Virus record (IMG/VR): IMGVR_UViG_3300042261_002385
Location: 310,001 to 374,000 of that record
DNA: 64,000 bases
Reading direction: 5' to 3' (one strand)
Shown here: positions 28,701 through 37,091 of the stretch, piece by piece
Layout of the letters: every line of letters starts with the position of its first letter
Numbering within the stretch: position 1 is the first letter of the stretch
Program-made: the position numbers and the translations under genes
Notes under the pieces: generated by a model
Told to the model about the DNA's origin: nothing
The model's database searches: none
What the model saw: the letters and a program-made list of their open reading frames with translations, nothing else

Positions 28701-29213
28701 GCTGCAATTTCACAACCGACATCTAGTTTCTTTGATATAAGAGGAAATCTTAAGTCAACATTAACAGAAGGGGCCAATAAAATAATGACATCATTTGATC
28801 AGGCAGTCGATGATGCAAATTCTTTAACTGATCAAGTGAGTAAAAAGAAAAATGATACAATTAATTTAGTCAAAGGTTTACTAAACCAGGAAGTAGAGGA
28901 ATCAAAGTCAAATATTGGTAAATTCATAAGTGTTGATAGTCTAAAGGAAAAGTTCACAAATGCATCTGAAATTCCAAACAGTTCATTTTTTGATATCAGA
29001 AGTCAAATATCTGGAGAAAAAGGTAATGACACAAGTTCTTTGAACTTAAGAAAGAACCTTTTAAACAACACAATAGATAAAATATATAATACTAAAAATT
29101 CTTCAACCTCACCTATAAAATCAAATACACCACCAGCGACATCATTTTTTGACTTAAAAAATCAACTTAAAGATTTCCTCGGAGGAACCTTAGGTGACAA
29201 ACTAACTGAGTAA
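25755..29213 (+). CDS. Large structural protein (tail/baseplate-like N-terminal half, repetitive Gly/Ser/Leu-rich C-terminal half)
   Basis: 1152-aa ORF in the baseplate cluster, late promoter, overlaps the gp5-like gene. Confidence 0.65.
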   Translation: MANGLSAEDIENLRKEGISITDVNVNTNGLSLTGTAFSSPLEKQKYAIYSARLTQQQLQKIISLNSGSPWPQTQLNPEFSSTTGFLPSVLLQPTLQSNPVSSQFSAGRDATGDVKVTQTYANYKFVDWRGQQLSFPPKSLTTEDRFYAGKDLPRNSPILVDKPYSMRDVPLIFGDGRMDYFRHGLQVIGDGKAVSNLTPIDNNALGASNQRLANFKETPWENEDPPMFGFDIIFDSFSSPLLNGSLTDFIANYSNVSEIASKRQVYEEFKNQFQKFFRINGEMKVDSTQIAMTSLYSTVAGADSASSIHNPHKKNYLGHYVKKISGLDFLIEQNKGDTIKYTPDYKKDFITLQLREDVSMNMGVLAHLYKTLYWSKPNGKMLIPENLLRFNCIIIISECRNFQRVKKGIKNPENINIIKDNLSRYVYTLRECQFYFDKLPLNNEVDLGDQGPTMYESYDVNFDFKYSSVKLERFVPNGDWGNYVGIDGGSIWKVGNKGTRNSRGTTGSQELSTPRFFTVGPDNETYTYYPNLKINGEEKPYIMAVYGPKADQQDEFNFAQKKSSEGTIGGNNEGSGGQNVGQLGAGNDGTNNQTSSSTTGTEASGGGTPGSGLTSPNGSKASTNEGSAAGGSLDALKSQSQQASESSKQQAEITAVQDATNSQKKMAFGSVNAALGDVSLSKITKTVATPLNQVVANKSISSDIVSGKFFDKMGSLKLEDSLKGIKTGGLANLSSLGESLSGSLSGSLSGGLSGLKSAIPSLDSVKTKFSEAKSKATSGFFDIRGNLKSSLTDGVNKAGSLFKGLSSQADGLLGGLGGQASGLLGGLSTQLKGGLPSLDSVKTKFSLAKTQATSGFFDIRGNLKSSLTEGAAGLKTKAGGLFGNLGGQAEGLLGGLTDKVKSAVPSLDSVKTKFSAAKSQATSGFFDIRGNLKSSLTEGSEKLTGGGLFSGLSKQTDGLLSGLTDKVKSSVPSLDSVKTKFSAAISQPTSSFFDIRGNLKSTLTEGANKIMTSFDQAVDDANSLTDQVSKKKNDTINLVKGLLNQEVEESKSNIGKFISVDSLKEKFTNASEIPNSSFFDIRSQISGEKGNDTSSLNLRKNLLNNTIDKIYNTKNSSTSPIKSNTPPATSFFDLKNQLKDFLGGTLGDKLTE
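28026..28770 (+). repeat. Four ~70-75-aa coding repeats with core PSLDSVKTKFSxAxxxxTSxFFDIRGNLKSxLTEG
   Basis: Units start near 28026, 28257, 28461 and 28665; degenerate FFD(I/L/K) copies near 27880, 28985 and 29145. Confidence 0.92.
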
Positions 29214-31486
29214 TGAAAGATAGGAAAGTTGAACAGGGTAAAACCTATGTAGGAGTAGTTGAGGACAATCTAGACCCTGATAAGTTAGGTAGACTCAAAA
29301 TAAGAGTAGTGGATGTTTTTGATGAAGCAAAAGTTGAAGACTTACCATGGGCTTCACCTTGGAAAGATTTAGCTGGTGGTCAAATTGGTATACCAGAAAA
29401 AGGTAAAGTCGTTATATGTGTGTTTGAACAGGGTGATGCTTACAAACCAGAATACATATCAACAGAACACTGGAATATAAATCTTGAAAACAAACTAAAA
29501 GGTCTTTCAGATACAGATTACATTTCCATGAAGTCAGTTATATTTGACCACAAAACTCAAATATATTCTAATGATAGTGAAGGTCTAAAACTAGACTACA
29601 AGTTTAATAATGTAAATATCAAAAATAACGGCATAAATTTAAACTTAAAAGATAACTCAGGTTTAGTAAACATAGGAGATTCAACAGCTAATCAACAAGC
29701 TATTTTAGGAAATCACTTTCTAAATTGGTTTGATTCTTTTGTTGATGCTCTTATGAATAATACAGCATTTTTAGGAAACGCCGGAGCTCCAGTGTTGTCA
29801 AATCCAGCATTAGTAAGAATACTCAGCCAGTATAAATCACAAAAAGATTCTACATTTTTATCACATCATGTAAATTTTGTAGACAATAACAAAGTATCAA
29901 CCGTTAAATTAGAATCCAGAGAAGAAACACCCCAATCAGGTGACACTTGGCAATCTACAAAATCTGAAAACACACTCACTACAACTTCCACTGAAACGAA
30001 TAAACCAACTGACGGAGAAAAACCACCATACGATGAAAAGCATGTCGAGCCAGCAACCGATAAACCCGGTGTGCTACCAACTGAAGTTCCACCTGCTAAA
30101 GTTGTTGAACCACTTCCAGATAAAAGCCTACCAGAATCAAATAAAAAAGTCGAAAAACTCATCTGGTTTCTGAAAAGTAAAAATTATCAGATTTATGAAG
30201 TCAATTCACAAATCAATATGGTAGCCTTTAGATCGAAGAACAAAGTCAAAGATGATGAAAATACAAATATAACTAACTTATTCGATGAAGAACTTTGTGT
30301 TTTTTTCAAAAATGAAAATAATATTTGGGAACTATTTGAATATGCGATTACTACAGTTCCTGGTTATGTCCCGGCTAAAACAGAATTACCAGATAAAGTT
30401 GGAATACTAGCTCTGGGTCAGTATATAGAAAGGTTAAAAATGATTAATTATTTAGGAAATGCCTCATATCCCGCATTATCATTTGATGAGTGCTCGTTAC
30501 ATAGAAATGATAAATTAGATAGATACAATTTTGATGCACCAATCGAAACAGGAAACTTTGCAATGACAATTCATAGGTCCTCAGATGTAAATAGTAGTGA
30601 GTTTGTGTTCAATTATTCCGAAGGAGCTCAAGTTTTCAAAAACTTGAATCAATATGAACAATTCATTAAGATATGTCAAAAACAAATCGACAAAGGTGCA
30701 AAATCTACTTTTACATACACACTCTGCTCTAAAAAAGAATTTGAAGAATATGCTAGTCCGGATGAACAAAGAGAACTAGCTAAAACTTTACCCGCTACAC
30801 TGGAAACAACAACGGTTGCACCAACTGCTTCAACAGCCGTAGCAGCCACTCAAAGTCCACCAGCGAACGAATATAAAAAAGAAATGGAGTCTTTAATAAA
30901 GAGAAGGTTTGCTTCAGAGTCAGGTAAACCTGGAATAAAAAGTTTTATAGATAGATTTACCAAAGATGGTTCTAACTCGTTTGAGGTTAGTAAGTCAATC
31001 TCTTTTGCAGAGGGCATAGGTCGCAAAAATATTGAAGAATTAAATAAAAGTATGTTAGGTTTATCTAAATCAGAAATAGGAGATAATACTATTAAATATT
31101 TGGTTTTAAAAAGAATCTATCCAAAACTGAAAAAAGAACTTCAAAATCACATCAATTATTTAATCAAAAAAGGTAAACTCGATGAAAAAGATTATTACTA
31201 TGTTACTGATGGAAAAAGGTCTATTGAGAAAGGATTATATGTCTGGAGAGTTTCATTCAAAAAAAATCCGGATCCTAAAGCTCCACCAACAACCAATCCG
31301 TTTATCTTACCAAATCTATTATCTGAAACGACTTTTATAGGATTGACTAAGACTTATACTAATTTAAGACTACCAAGTGGTCAATTGCAACCTGATAAAC
31401 CGTCAAAGAATAATAGTTGGGTTCTAGAAGACACAGATCCACCGTTATATTTTGTTGAAATAAAATTTGTTCCATTTACAAAATAA
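29213..31486 (+). CDS. gp5/Vgr-like baseplate spike (OB-fold) fused to a YkuD-like domain and an unknown C-terminal domain
   Basis: YVGVVEDNLDPDKLGRLKIRV...DLPWASP...IPEKG..V...FEQGD..KP.Y OB-fold; middle ITTVPG...GQY...TIHR...YSEGAQVF. Confidence 0.78.
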   Translation: MKDRKVEQGKTYVGVVEDNLDPDKLGRLKIRVVDVFDEAKVEDLPWASPWKDLAGGQIGIPEKGKVVICVFEQGDAYKPEYISTEHWNINLENKLKGLSDTDYISMKSVIFDHKTQIYSNDSEGLKLDYKFNNVNIKNNGINLNLKDNSGLVNIGDSTANQQAILGNHFLNWFDSFVDALMNNTAFLGNAGAPVLSNPALVRILSQYKSQKDSTFLSHHVNFVDNNKVSTVKLESREETPQSGDTWQSTKSENTLTTTSTETNKPTDGEKPPYDEKHVEPATDKPGVLPTEVPPAKVVEPLPDKSLPESNKKVEKLIWFLKSKNYQIYEVNSQINMVAFRSKNKVKDDENTNITNLFDEELCVFFKNENNIWELFEYAITTVPGYVPAKTELPDKVGILALGQYIERLKMINYLGNASYPALSFDECSLHRNDKLDRYNFDAPIETGNFAMTIHRSSDVNSSEFVFNYSEGAQVFKNLNQYEQFIKICQKQIDKGAKSTFTYTLCSKKEFEEYASPDEQRELAKTLPATLETTTVAPTASTAVAATQSPPANEYKKEMESLIKRRFASESGKPGIKSFIDRFTKDGSNSFEVSKSISFAEGIGRKNIEELNKSMLGLSKSEIGDNTIKYLVLKRIYPKLKKELQNHINYLIKKGKLDEKDYYYVTDGKRSIEKGLYVWRVSFKKNPDPKAPPTTNPFILPNLLSETTFIGLTKTYTNLRLPSGQLQPDKPSKNNSWVLEDTDPPLYFVEIKFVPFTK

Positions 31487-31528
31487 TCATTTTCACCATT
31501 TAATATATAAAAATAAAAACTAATAAAA

Positions 31529-31783
31529 ATGGATAATCCTAGATATTTAGTAAATATAGTTTATGTTCCTGCTAGACATACTGGTCAGCAGAAAATCACA
31601 GTTAATGGAGTAACTCAATCGATGCCTACCTACTCTACAGAGATGTTTGTGGCTTCTATGCCAGAGATTAGAATTGCTGCTTCTGGTTCAACTTATCAAA
31701 CAGCGTTGAGTAATTTATTATTGATAGCTACTTCTTCCACCACACCATCTAATGGTTATGGGCCTCTTGGTGGTTATAGATAA
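31529..31783 (+). CDS. Small hypothetical late protein
   Basis: 84-aa ORF with TAATATATA upstream. Confidence 0.65.
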   Translation: MDNPRYLVNIVYVPARHTGQQKITVNGVTQSMPTYSTEMFVASMPEIRIAASGSTYQTALSNLLLIATSSTTPSNGYGPLGGYR

Positions 31784-31785
31784 TT

Positions 31786-34008
31786 TTATGGCTTAAATAA
31801 ATCAGTTCCATTGTATTCCCAATGCCAAGGTTCATATCCAGCACCGGCTTTTTTAGCCCAGTTTGGATTAATCCAGCCATATTTTTTTGCATTAGCTTCC
31901 ATCCAGTCGAAATATTGATTGCCTGGACCATTTCCAAAACCACCAATATCTACTGCTTGACCCCAACCATGTTTTGATGTTCCTGGAGGAGCAGCCGCTA
32001 CACCTGTTGGTTTTTTAGCATTAAACGATCCGACTTTTCTACCTTTATTTTTAGGATCGACTTTTTTGGTATATGGATTTAATCCAGTATCATAATAGTC
32101 CCAATCAAAAATTTTGTTCTGAACGTTAAATGTTCTGTATCCATCAGTTATTTTCATGTCTTTACCAAACTGGGCTTTATAAGCTTTGTTTAGTTCATTA
32201 AGTTTCTTTACAGCATTTTTTTCTATCTTGTGACCACAGAAGTCTAATTTTGTTAACAAATTACTTGGTAAATCACCATTAAAAACTGTTCTACCTTGGA
32301 CAGTAAGTTTTTGTTGAAACCTCTTTTGTCCAGAACCACCTCCCTTAGAGGCACTGTCCGTAGCTGTTTTTGCCGACACCTCAACTTCTGGAGTTCCCGT
32401 AGACGCAGTTTCTGCTGCGACAGTAGAAGTTCCTTCAGTTGTTGTAGAACCTTCAGTCTCTTCTTCTAATCCACCAGATTCTCCGAAGGCACTTTGCTCA
32501 GCGTCATTTAAATTAAAGTCAATCTGTTCATCCTCACCGACGAAAGCTTCCTCTAAAAACTCAGGAGATAATCCAGATAAGTCATCAGCTTCATCACTGA
32601 ATATAAATCCTTCTACCGGAACGTCGGCTTCTATATCACCAACCCATATTTGAAATTGAGGAGCAGGCTCATCAGTTTTTACGATCCAATTCTCAGGAAA
32701 CACTGGATTCATTTTTATCAAAACTACCGGTTCACTTTGTGTAGCTGCAATTGCCGCTGATCCACTTCCACCAGTAGCAGGATTTGGAGTAAGAACGTTC
32801 GGATTATCTCCAACTGTTTCCCACTTGAAAGCCTTCCCAGAATCTGTAAAGGACTTTTTAGGTGAATAATCATTTATCAAATCGGTCTCTGGATATGTGT
32901 AACTAGGAACTGCTAACCTTAAGTTATAACTTTTAGCTGAAGGATATGAGGTCGCTAATGACTTAACCCAATTTTCTATTACATTATTTACTATAAATTC
33001 ATCTTTCACTTCATAGCTAAATGTGATAGACAATGGTATTGTAGAATTTGTTATACCACCGGCAAACTCTAAAACATATCTCGGATTGTATTTATCATCA
33101 AATGACCAAAATCTTTCAAACTCCTCATCACCTTCATCATCAGCAGATGGTTGCACCACTGGATTAGGAACAACATAAAAACTTTTGAAAATATAATTTG
33201 GAGTATTCACTTCTTTTAAAGATTCATCTGAATATTCGTAACCTGAAATATTTCTGGTAAAACTCGACGGCCCAGTTTTCGGTAGAGTTAAATCTACAGA
33301 CACACCGGAAACAGAAATCACATAGTCTCCTGTGCCTTGTTCAAAGCCATCATTTAGTGCACTATTTTGAGCGTGCGCTAATGCACTACTAAGTGTATAG
33401 GTATTTGAAAGTGTTACTCCATAAAACTCATCGATACTACCTGTTCCGGTAGATGTTTTATAGTTTAATTCAAAAAAATTAGGAAGTTCTACATCTATAT
33501 CAGCTGGTGATAATCCATCAAGTAAAATCGCTGTGTCAACCAGAATCTTAGTCGGATCAGAAGCTGTTCCATTTCCATAAACTTCATATGCTTCAAATTG
33601 ATAAGTTATTTCTAGATTTTTTCTCCAAGAAATATTAATATAAGCTCCATTATTTAAGTAATATGGATCCTCTCCGAATTTTCTCAACTGAGGAACGTCA
33701 TCAGCCCAAGGATTCTGAACTATTTTAAATAAGTTCGGTCCTAATTTTGAACCTATTTTATTAGCCTCGAATTCCGAATTACTACTAATATACTCTTGTA
33801 TAATTTCGTCATTAGTTTTGGTTTGATATCTCTCACCGTCGTAAATTACTTCTTGCCAATACAACTGACCACTCAGTGAAACTTTACCAACAGCTATTCT
33901 TTGTGAGTTTGACGCTGTTCCTTGTAATAGCATTACTCTTAAATCCAGAGCACCGGTGTTTGCACCTTCTACTATTTTTCTAACTCTTACTTGTTTTAAT
34001 GTATCCAT
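31786..34008 (-). CDS. Large tail-associated protein with C-terminal M15 (VanY-like) Zn D-Ala-D-Ala peptidase
   Basis: ITDGYRTF..Q...AAPPGTSKHGWGQAVDI...YGW...EPWHWEY. Confidence 0.85.
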   Translation of the reverse strand: MDTLKQVRVRKIVEGANTGALDLRVMLLQGTASNSQRIAVGKVSLSGQLYWQEVIYDGERYQTKTNDEIIQEYISSNSEFEANKIGSKLGPNLFKIVQNPWADDVPQLRKFGEDPYYLNNGAYINISWRKNLEITYQFEAYEVYGNGTASDPTKILVDTAILLDGLSPADIDVELPNFFELNYKTSTGTGSIDEFYGVTLSNTYTLSSALAHAQNSALNDGFEQGTGDYVISVSGVSVDLTLPKTGPSSFTRNISGYEYSDESLKEVNTPNYIFKSFYVVPNPVVQPSADDEGDEEFERFWSFDDKYNPRYVLEFAGGITNSTIPLSITFSYEVKDEFIVNNVIENWVKSLATSYPSAKSYNLRLAVPSYTYPETDLINDYSPKKSFTDSGKAFKWETVGDNPNVLTPNPATGGSGSAAIAATQSEPVVLIKMNPVFPENWIVKTDEPAPQFQIWVGDIEADVPVEGFIFSDEADDLSGLSPEFLEEAFVGEDEQIDFNLNDAEQSAFGESGGLEEETEGSTTTEGTSTVAAETASTGTPEVEVSAKTATDSASKGGGSGQKRFQQKLTVQGRTVFNGDLPSNLLTKLDFCGHKIEKNAVKKLNELNKAYKAQFGKDMKITDGYRTFNVQNKIFDWDYYDTGLNPYTKKVDPKNKGRKVGSFNAKKPTGVAAAPPGTSKHGWGQAVDIGGFGNGPGNQYFDWMEANAKKYGWINPNWAKKAGAGYEPWHWEYNGTDLFKP

Positions 34009-34010
34009 TT

Positions 34011-34541
34011 TTAAACTCCACCTATATTGAAATTATCATTATTTATTCTTACAGAATCTTTAGGATTACCTTTAGCCACTGGTGGTAATGCCAAACCAGT
34101 TTTGTTGTATTTAGATCTTGAACCATCGACTCTTGTCTTTTTAGATGGAACTGAGATTGCAGTAAGTGCCTTGTTTGCCTGAGATGATAAATCAGCTTCC
34201 TCTGTTATTCTATGAGCTGATAAGTCTATTATTGATGGATATTTAATAACTTGTCCTCTTTTGATATTCAACGGATTATCAATATTATTTATTGTAAGCA
34301 ACACATCAATCTCTCCATAATAGTCTTCAATACTGACATAATCAAGTTCATAAATACTTTTCAGAATTAAATCAATTCTCATTTCTTCCTCAATAGGGAC
34401 TATGTACTCGGCTAATTTTATTGTAGGAACAGAATTTAGTATGGTTGATTTAAACAAATCAACTAAAGACTCTGAATTTCCATTACGAGATAGTTGTTCA
34501 TATAACGATTTTATGTTGAAACCTTCACCTAATGACGACAT
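34011..34541 (-). CDS. Baseplate wedge protein, gp53/tail-X LysM-like
   Basis: EEMRIDLILKSIY...LLTINNIDNPLNIKRGQVIKYP. Confidence 0.65.
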   Translation of the reverse strand: MSSLGEGFNIKSLYEQLSRNGNSESLVDLFKSTILNSVPTIKLAEYIVPIEEEMRIDLILKSIYELDYVSIEDYYGEIDVLLTINNIDNPLNIKRGQVIKYPSIIDLSAHRITEEADLSSQANKALTAISVPSKKTRVDGSRSKYNKTGLALPPVAKGNPKDSVRINNDNFNIGGV

Positions 34542-34543
34542 TT

Positions 34544-36577
34544 TTATTTGTAATTTTTGATAGCATTTTGCTTAGATAACTCAGCAGCAGCTTGTTTCTG
34601 AACCTCTTTTGTAGTTCCGTTAGCAGCTGCTTCACCAACTCCAGATATTTCTTTTTTACCATTTACTAGATATGTAGCTGTTGCTCTAACTCCACCACCT
34701 TGTAAGTCTAAATAAGTTATAGAACCAACCAGCTGAGCAGTTACATTATTAGTATTTGTTTCTTCAACTACAGGGTCCGCCGAATTTGGATTAGAATTCA
34801 CACTTTGGTCACTTAGTCCTTCTTTTGATACCGCGTCATTTGTAGCACCACTTGGATTTGTTGCTGGTGTGCCACCACCTGGAGGAGTTGTGACTCCATC
34901 TGATGTTGCACCAGACTGTGTAGCATAATGATAAGCGTTTTCTGATAGAACTTCTTGAGGATTTAACATAGGACTATCTTTGACTAAATTCACTGTTCTA
35001 ATATTTCCGGTATTGAACTTTGCCATAATTTCCTGTAGACCCCAAGGTCTCGCATTTTCTAAAGTAAAGTCAATTTTTATATTAGCTGGTAAATCATTGA
35101 AAGCCAAAGTCGAACCCATCGTCAACTGAACTGATGTCGTATACATGTCACCTGAACAAAAAATTGGTCGAAGTGGATTTCCAATAGTTACGTGCCAAGG
35201 AGTTGATGGCATACCTGTAAGTGCATATACAATACCTTTTACAGCCTCTTCATATTTATTAACTGTTTTTGATAGTGCGGTGCCAATCGTTTCAAAGAAT
35301 TTTGTAAATGCATTTTGTCCCTCTGTGGCATCCTTTAAAGCTTTATCTTTTTCTTTTGCCTCTTTTTCTAACTCTGCTTTATCTGGTTCTCCTGCTTCTT
35401 CTGGATCTTCCTCACCTCCTGCAGCGAGAGCTGCGTCTGCTTCAGCTTTTGCTTTTGTGGCTTCGTCTACAAATTCCTTGAAGAAATTTATAACAGTATC
35501 TTTTACTGTTTTTATAGCCTCTTCAAGTATACTAACTACTTTTGATATGATGAGTTTAGGATTCTTAACAGCAGCAATAATTGTGGCTCCAAATCCACCG
35601 GATAAACCATAATTGTCACTCGGTGAAGTTCCAAATCTTAAAGCATTTTGTAAAATGTCCATATAAACAATTGTAGGGTCAATACCTGAAATAAACTTTT
35701 GTTCATATTCTACAGTAACTTTTATTGAAACTTTACAATCTAAACCAGAACCAGGTTCACCTTGGGCCACTGTTTTTCTTCTCTTAGCTTCTTTAATCAA
35801 GTTAGGATTTCCAGCTGGTAATCTATCACCACCAGCTGTTTGCTCATACACTCCAATTTTAGCTAAGACAATTCTAGTCAGAGTTTCTGACCAACCAGGT
35901 AAAGGAATTGCGTTAAACAATTCTCCACCAGCACCTCCTAGAGGTGACATTTTAAGAATATCTTGTCCAATACCATTAATTACATCTGTAAAGTCAGCCG
36001 CTGCTGCTTCCCATTGTTCACCAAAAGTAATATCTAAGAAGTCTTCTCCTGGTGGTCTCCAAGTTATTAAAACAACTCTTGGAGATGATTTTATACCAAA
36101 AATATTATCTATCTGTGGTCCACTAAATCTTCTACATATAATTAGCCTGTTATTTGGATAAACCCCCAAGTTTTTAAGGTAAGCAAAATCAGACGGTCTT
36201 AAAGCAGCCGCGCTGTTTGCCGTTTTTTCAACAATGTTCAAAATTGATGTGTCGTAAACGTCATTATTGTGTAGTGTTTTTCTTGTGATACCATTGTAGT
36301 TGTTATCAGTTCCTAAACCAGCGTTTTCTTCTTTACCGGTGGTTGAAATATTACCCCAAGCTTTTACAGCAGCTCCTCCTGAAAAAACAGAAAAAGCACC
36401 ATCTTTTCTACTTAGACCAGCTTTCTTCAATTTAGCTTTATCCGCTTCACGTCCAGAGTTGTAAAGGTTAACATTCAAGTTTCTGCTTTTACCACCATTA
36501 AACGTCGACATACCATCTCTTGTAGGTCCACTAGTAACACCAATTAGACCTAACGGGGAACCACCTAATATAGGCAT
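34544..36577 (-). CDS. Baseplate/tail structural protein (tube-initiator-like)
   Basis: First gene of a late operon; PWHVTIGNP..PIFCSGDM....V.L......FND.P......FTLE resembles tube/baseplate folds. Confidence 0.5.
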   Translation of the reverse strand: MPILGGSPLGLIGVTSGPTRDGMSTFNGGKSRNLNVNLYNSGREADKAKLKKAGLSRKDGAFSVFSGGAAVKAWGNISTTGKEENAGLGTDNNYNGITRKTLHNNDVYDTSILNIVEKTANSAAALRPSDFAYLKNLGVYPNNRLIICRRFSGPQIDNIFGIKSSPRVVLITWRPPGEDFLDITFGEQWEAAAADFTDVINGIGQDILKMSPLGGAGGELFNAIPLPGWSETLTRIVLAKIGVYEQTAGGDRLPAGNPNLIKEAKRRKTVAQGEPGSGLDCKVSIKVTVEYEQKFISGIDPTIVYMDILQNALRFGTSPSDNYGLSGGFGATIIAAVKNPKLIISKVVSILEEAIKTVKDTVINFFKEFVDEATKAKAEADAALAAGGEEDPEEAGEPDKAELEKEAKEKDKALKDATEGQNAFTKFFETIGTALSKTVNKYEEAVKGIVYALTGMPSTPWHVTIGNPLRPIFCSGDMYTTSVQLTMGSTLAFNDLPANIKIDFTLENARPWGLQEIMAKFNTGNIRTVNLVKDSPMLNPQEVLSENAYHYATQSGATSDGVTTPPGGGTPATNPSGATNDAVSKEGLSDQSVNSNPNSADPVVEETNTNNVTAQLVGSITYLDLQGGGVRATATYLVNGKKEISGVGEAAANGTTKEVQKQAAAELSKQNAIKNYK

Positions 36578-36611
36578 ATTTCAAATAAATTATTTTAGAT
36601 TATATATTAAA

Positions 36612-37001
36612 TTAATAGTCTCTTATGATTTGAGAATTTGAAAATTTTGACAAATTTCCTAAGACGTCGTCCATAACGTCTGGACTTTTTCTAAACTCAT
36701 TGTAGAATATCAGAACGTTAAAATTATTTTCACCAAGTATTTTTTTGAGATTTAATAGTTTTTCAATCGAAAACTCCTGGTCAAAGTCAGGAATGTAATA
36801 AATATCTTTCTTTTTGTCTATTGCTTGTTGTATTTTGTTAAAGATAATTATTTTGAGATAAGTTTTATCATTTCTAAAATCGACCTCTTCTTCGTCTATA
36901 ATCTTTTTAATATCAATTATATACTTATTCTTTATTCGATTAACTTTGATGAATTTATCAAATTTCTTCCTCGTTTTACAATAGACACAAAAGAATTCCA
37001 T
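36612..37001 (-). CDS. Hypothetical protein
   Basis: 129-aa ORF with TATATA upstream. Confidence 0.65.
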   Translation of the reverse strand: MEFFCVYCKTRKKFDKFIKVNRIKNKYIIDIKKIIDEEEVDFRNDKTYLKIIIFNKIQQAIDKKKDIYYIPDFDQEFSIEKLLNLKKILGENNFNVLIFYNEFRKSPDVMDDVLGNLSKFSNSQIIRDY

Positions 37002-37091
37002 TCATATTTTTTAATTTATGGAAATATATATAAACTAAAATATCTTTCCCTATCAAATAATAAATAGGTTTGACATTTTAATATATACCTT

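Noticed and set aside
28026-28770. CRISPR-like or non-coding DNA repeat array
   Set aside because: The repeats are in-frame, synonymously diverged protein repeats; no constant 25-45-nt repeats with unique spacers were seen anywhere in the window.
27830-28777. Minus-strand ORFs 27830..28279 and 28415..28777 with repeats
   Set aside because: Antisense shadows of the repeat region; no promoter or independent features. The same applies to 35145..35612, 29866..30162, 7176..7532 and most short overlapping ORFs in the track.
19232-36577. Bacterial T6SS or eCIS locus
   Set aside because: Embedded among T4-like replication genes with phage late promoters; no TssJLM, ClpV or Afp15-type genes.
36612-37001. 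P-loop kinase
   Set aside because: A faint kinase-like secondary pattern, but no Walker A motif.
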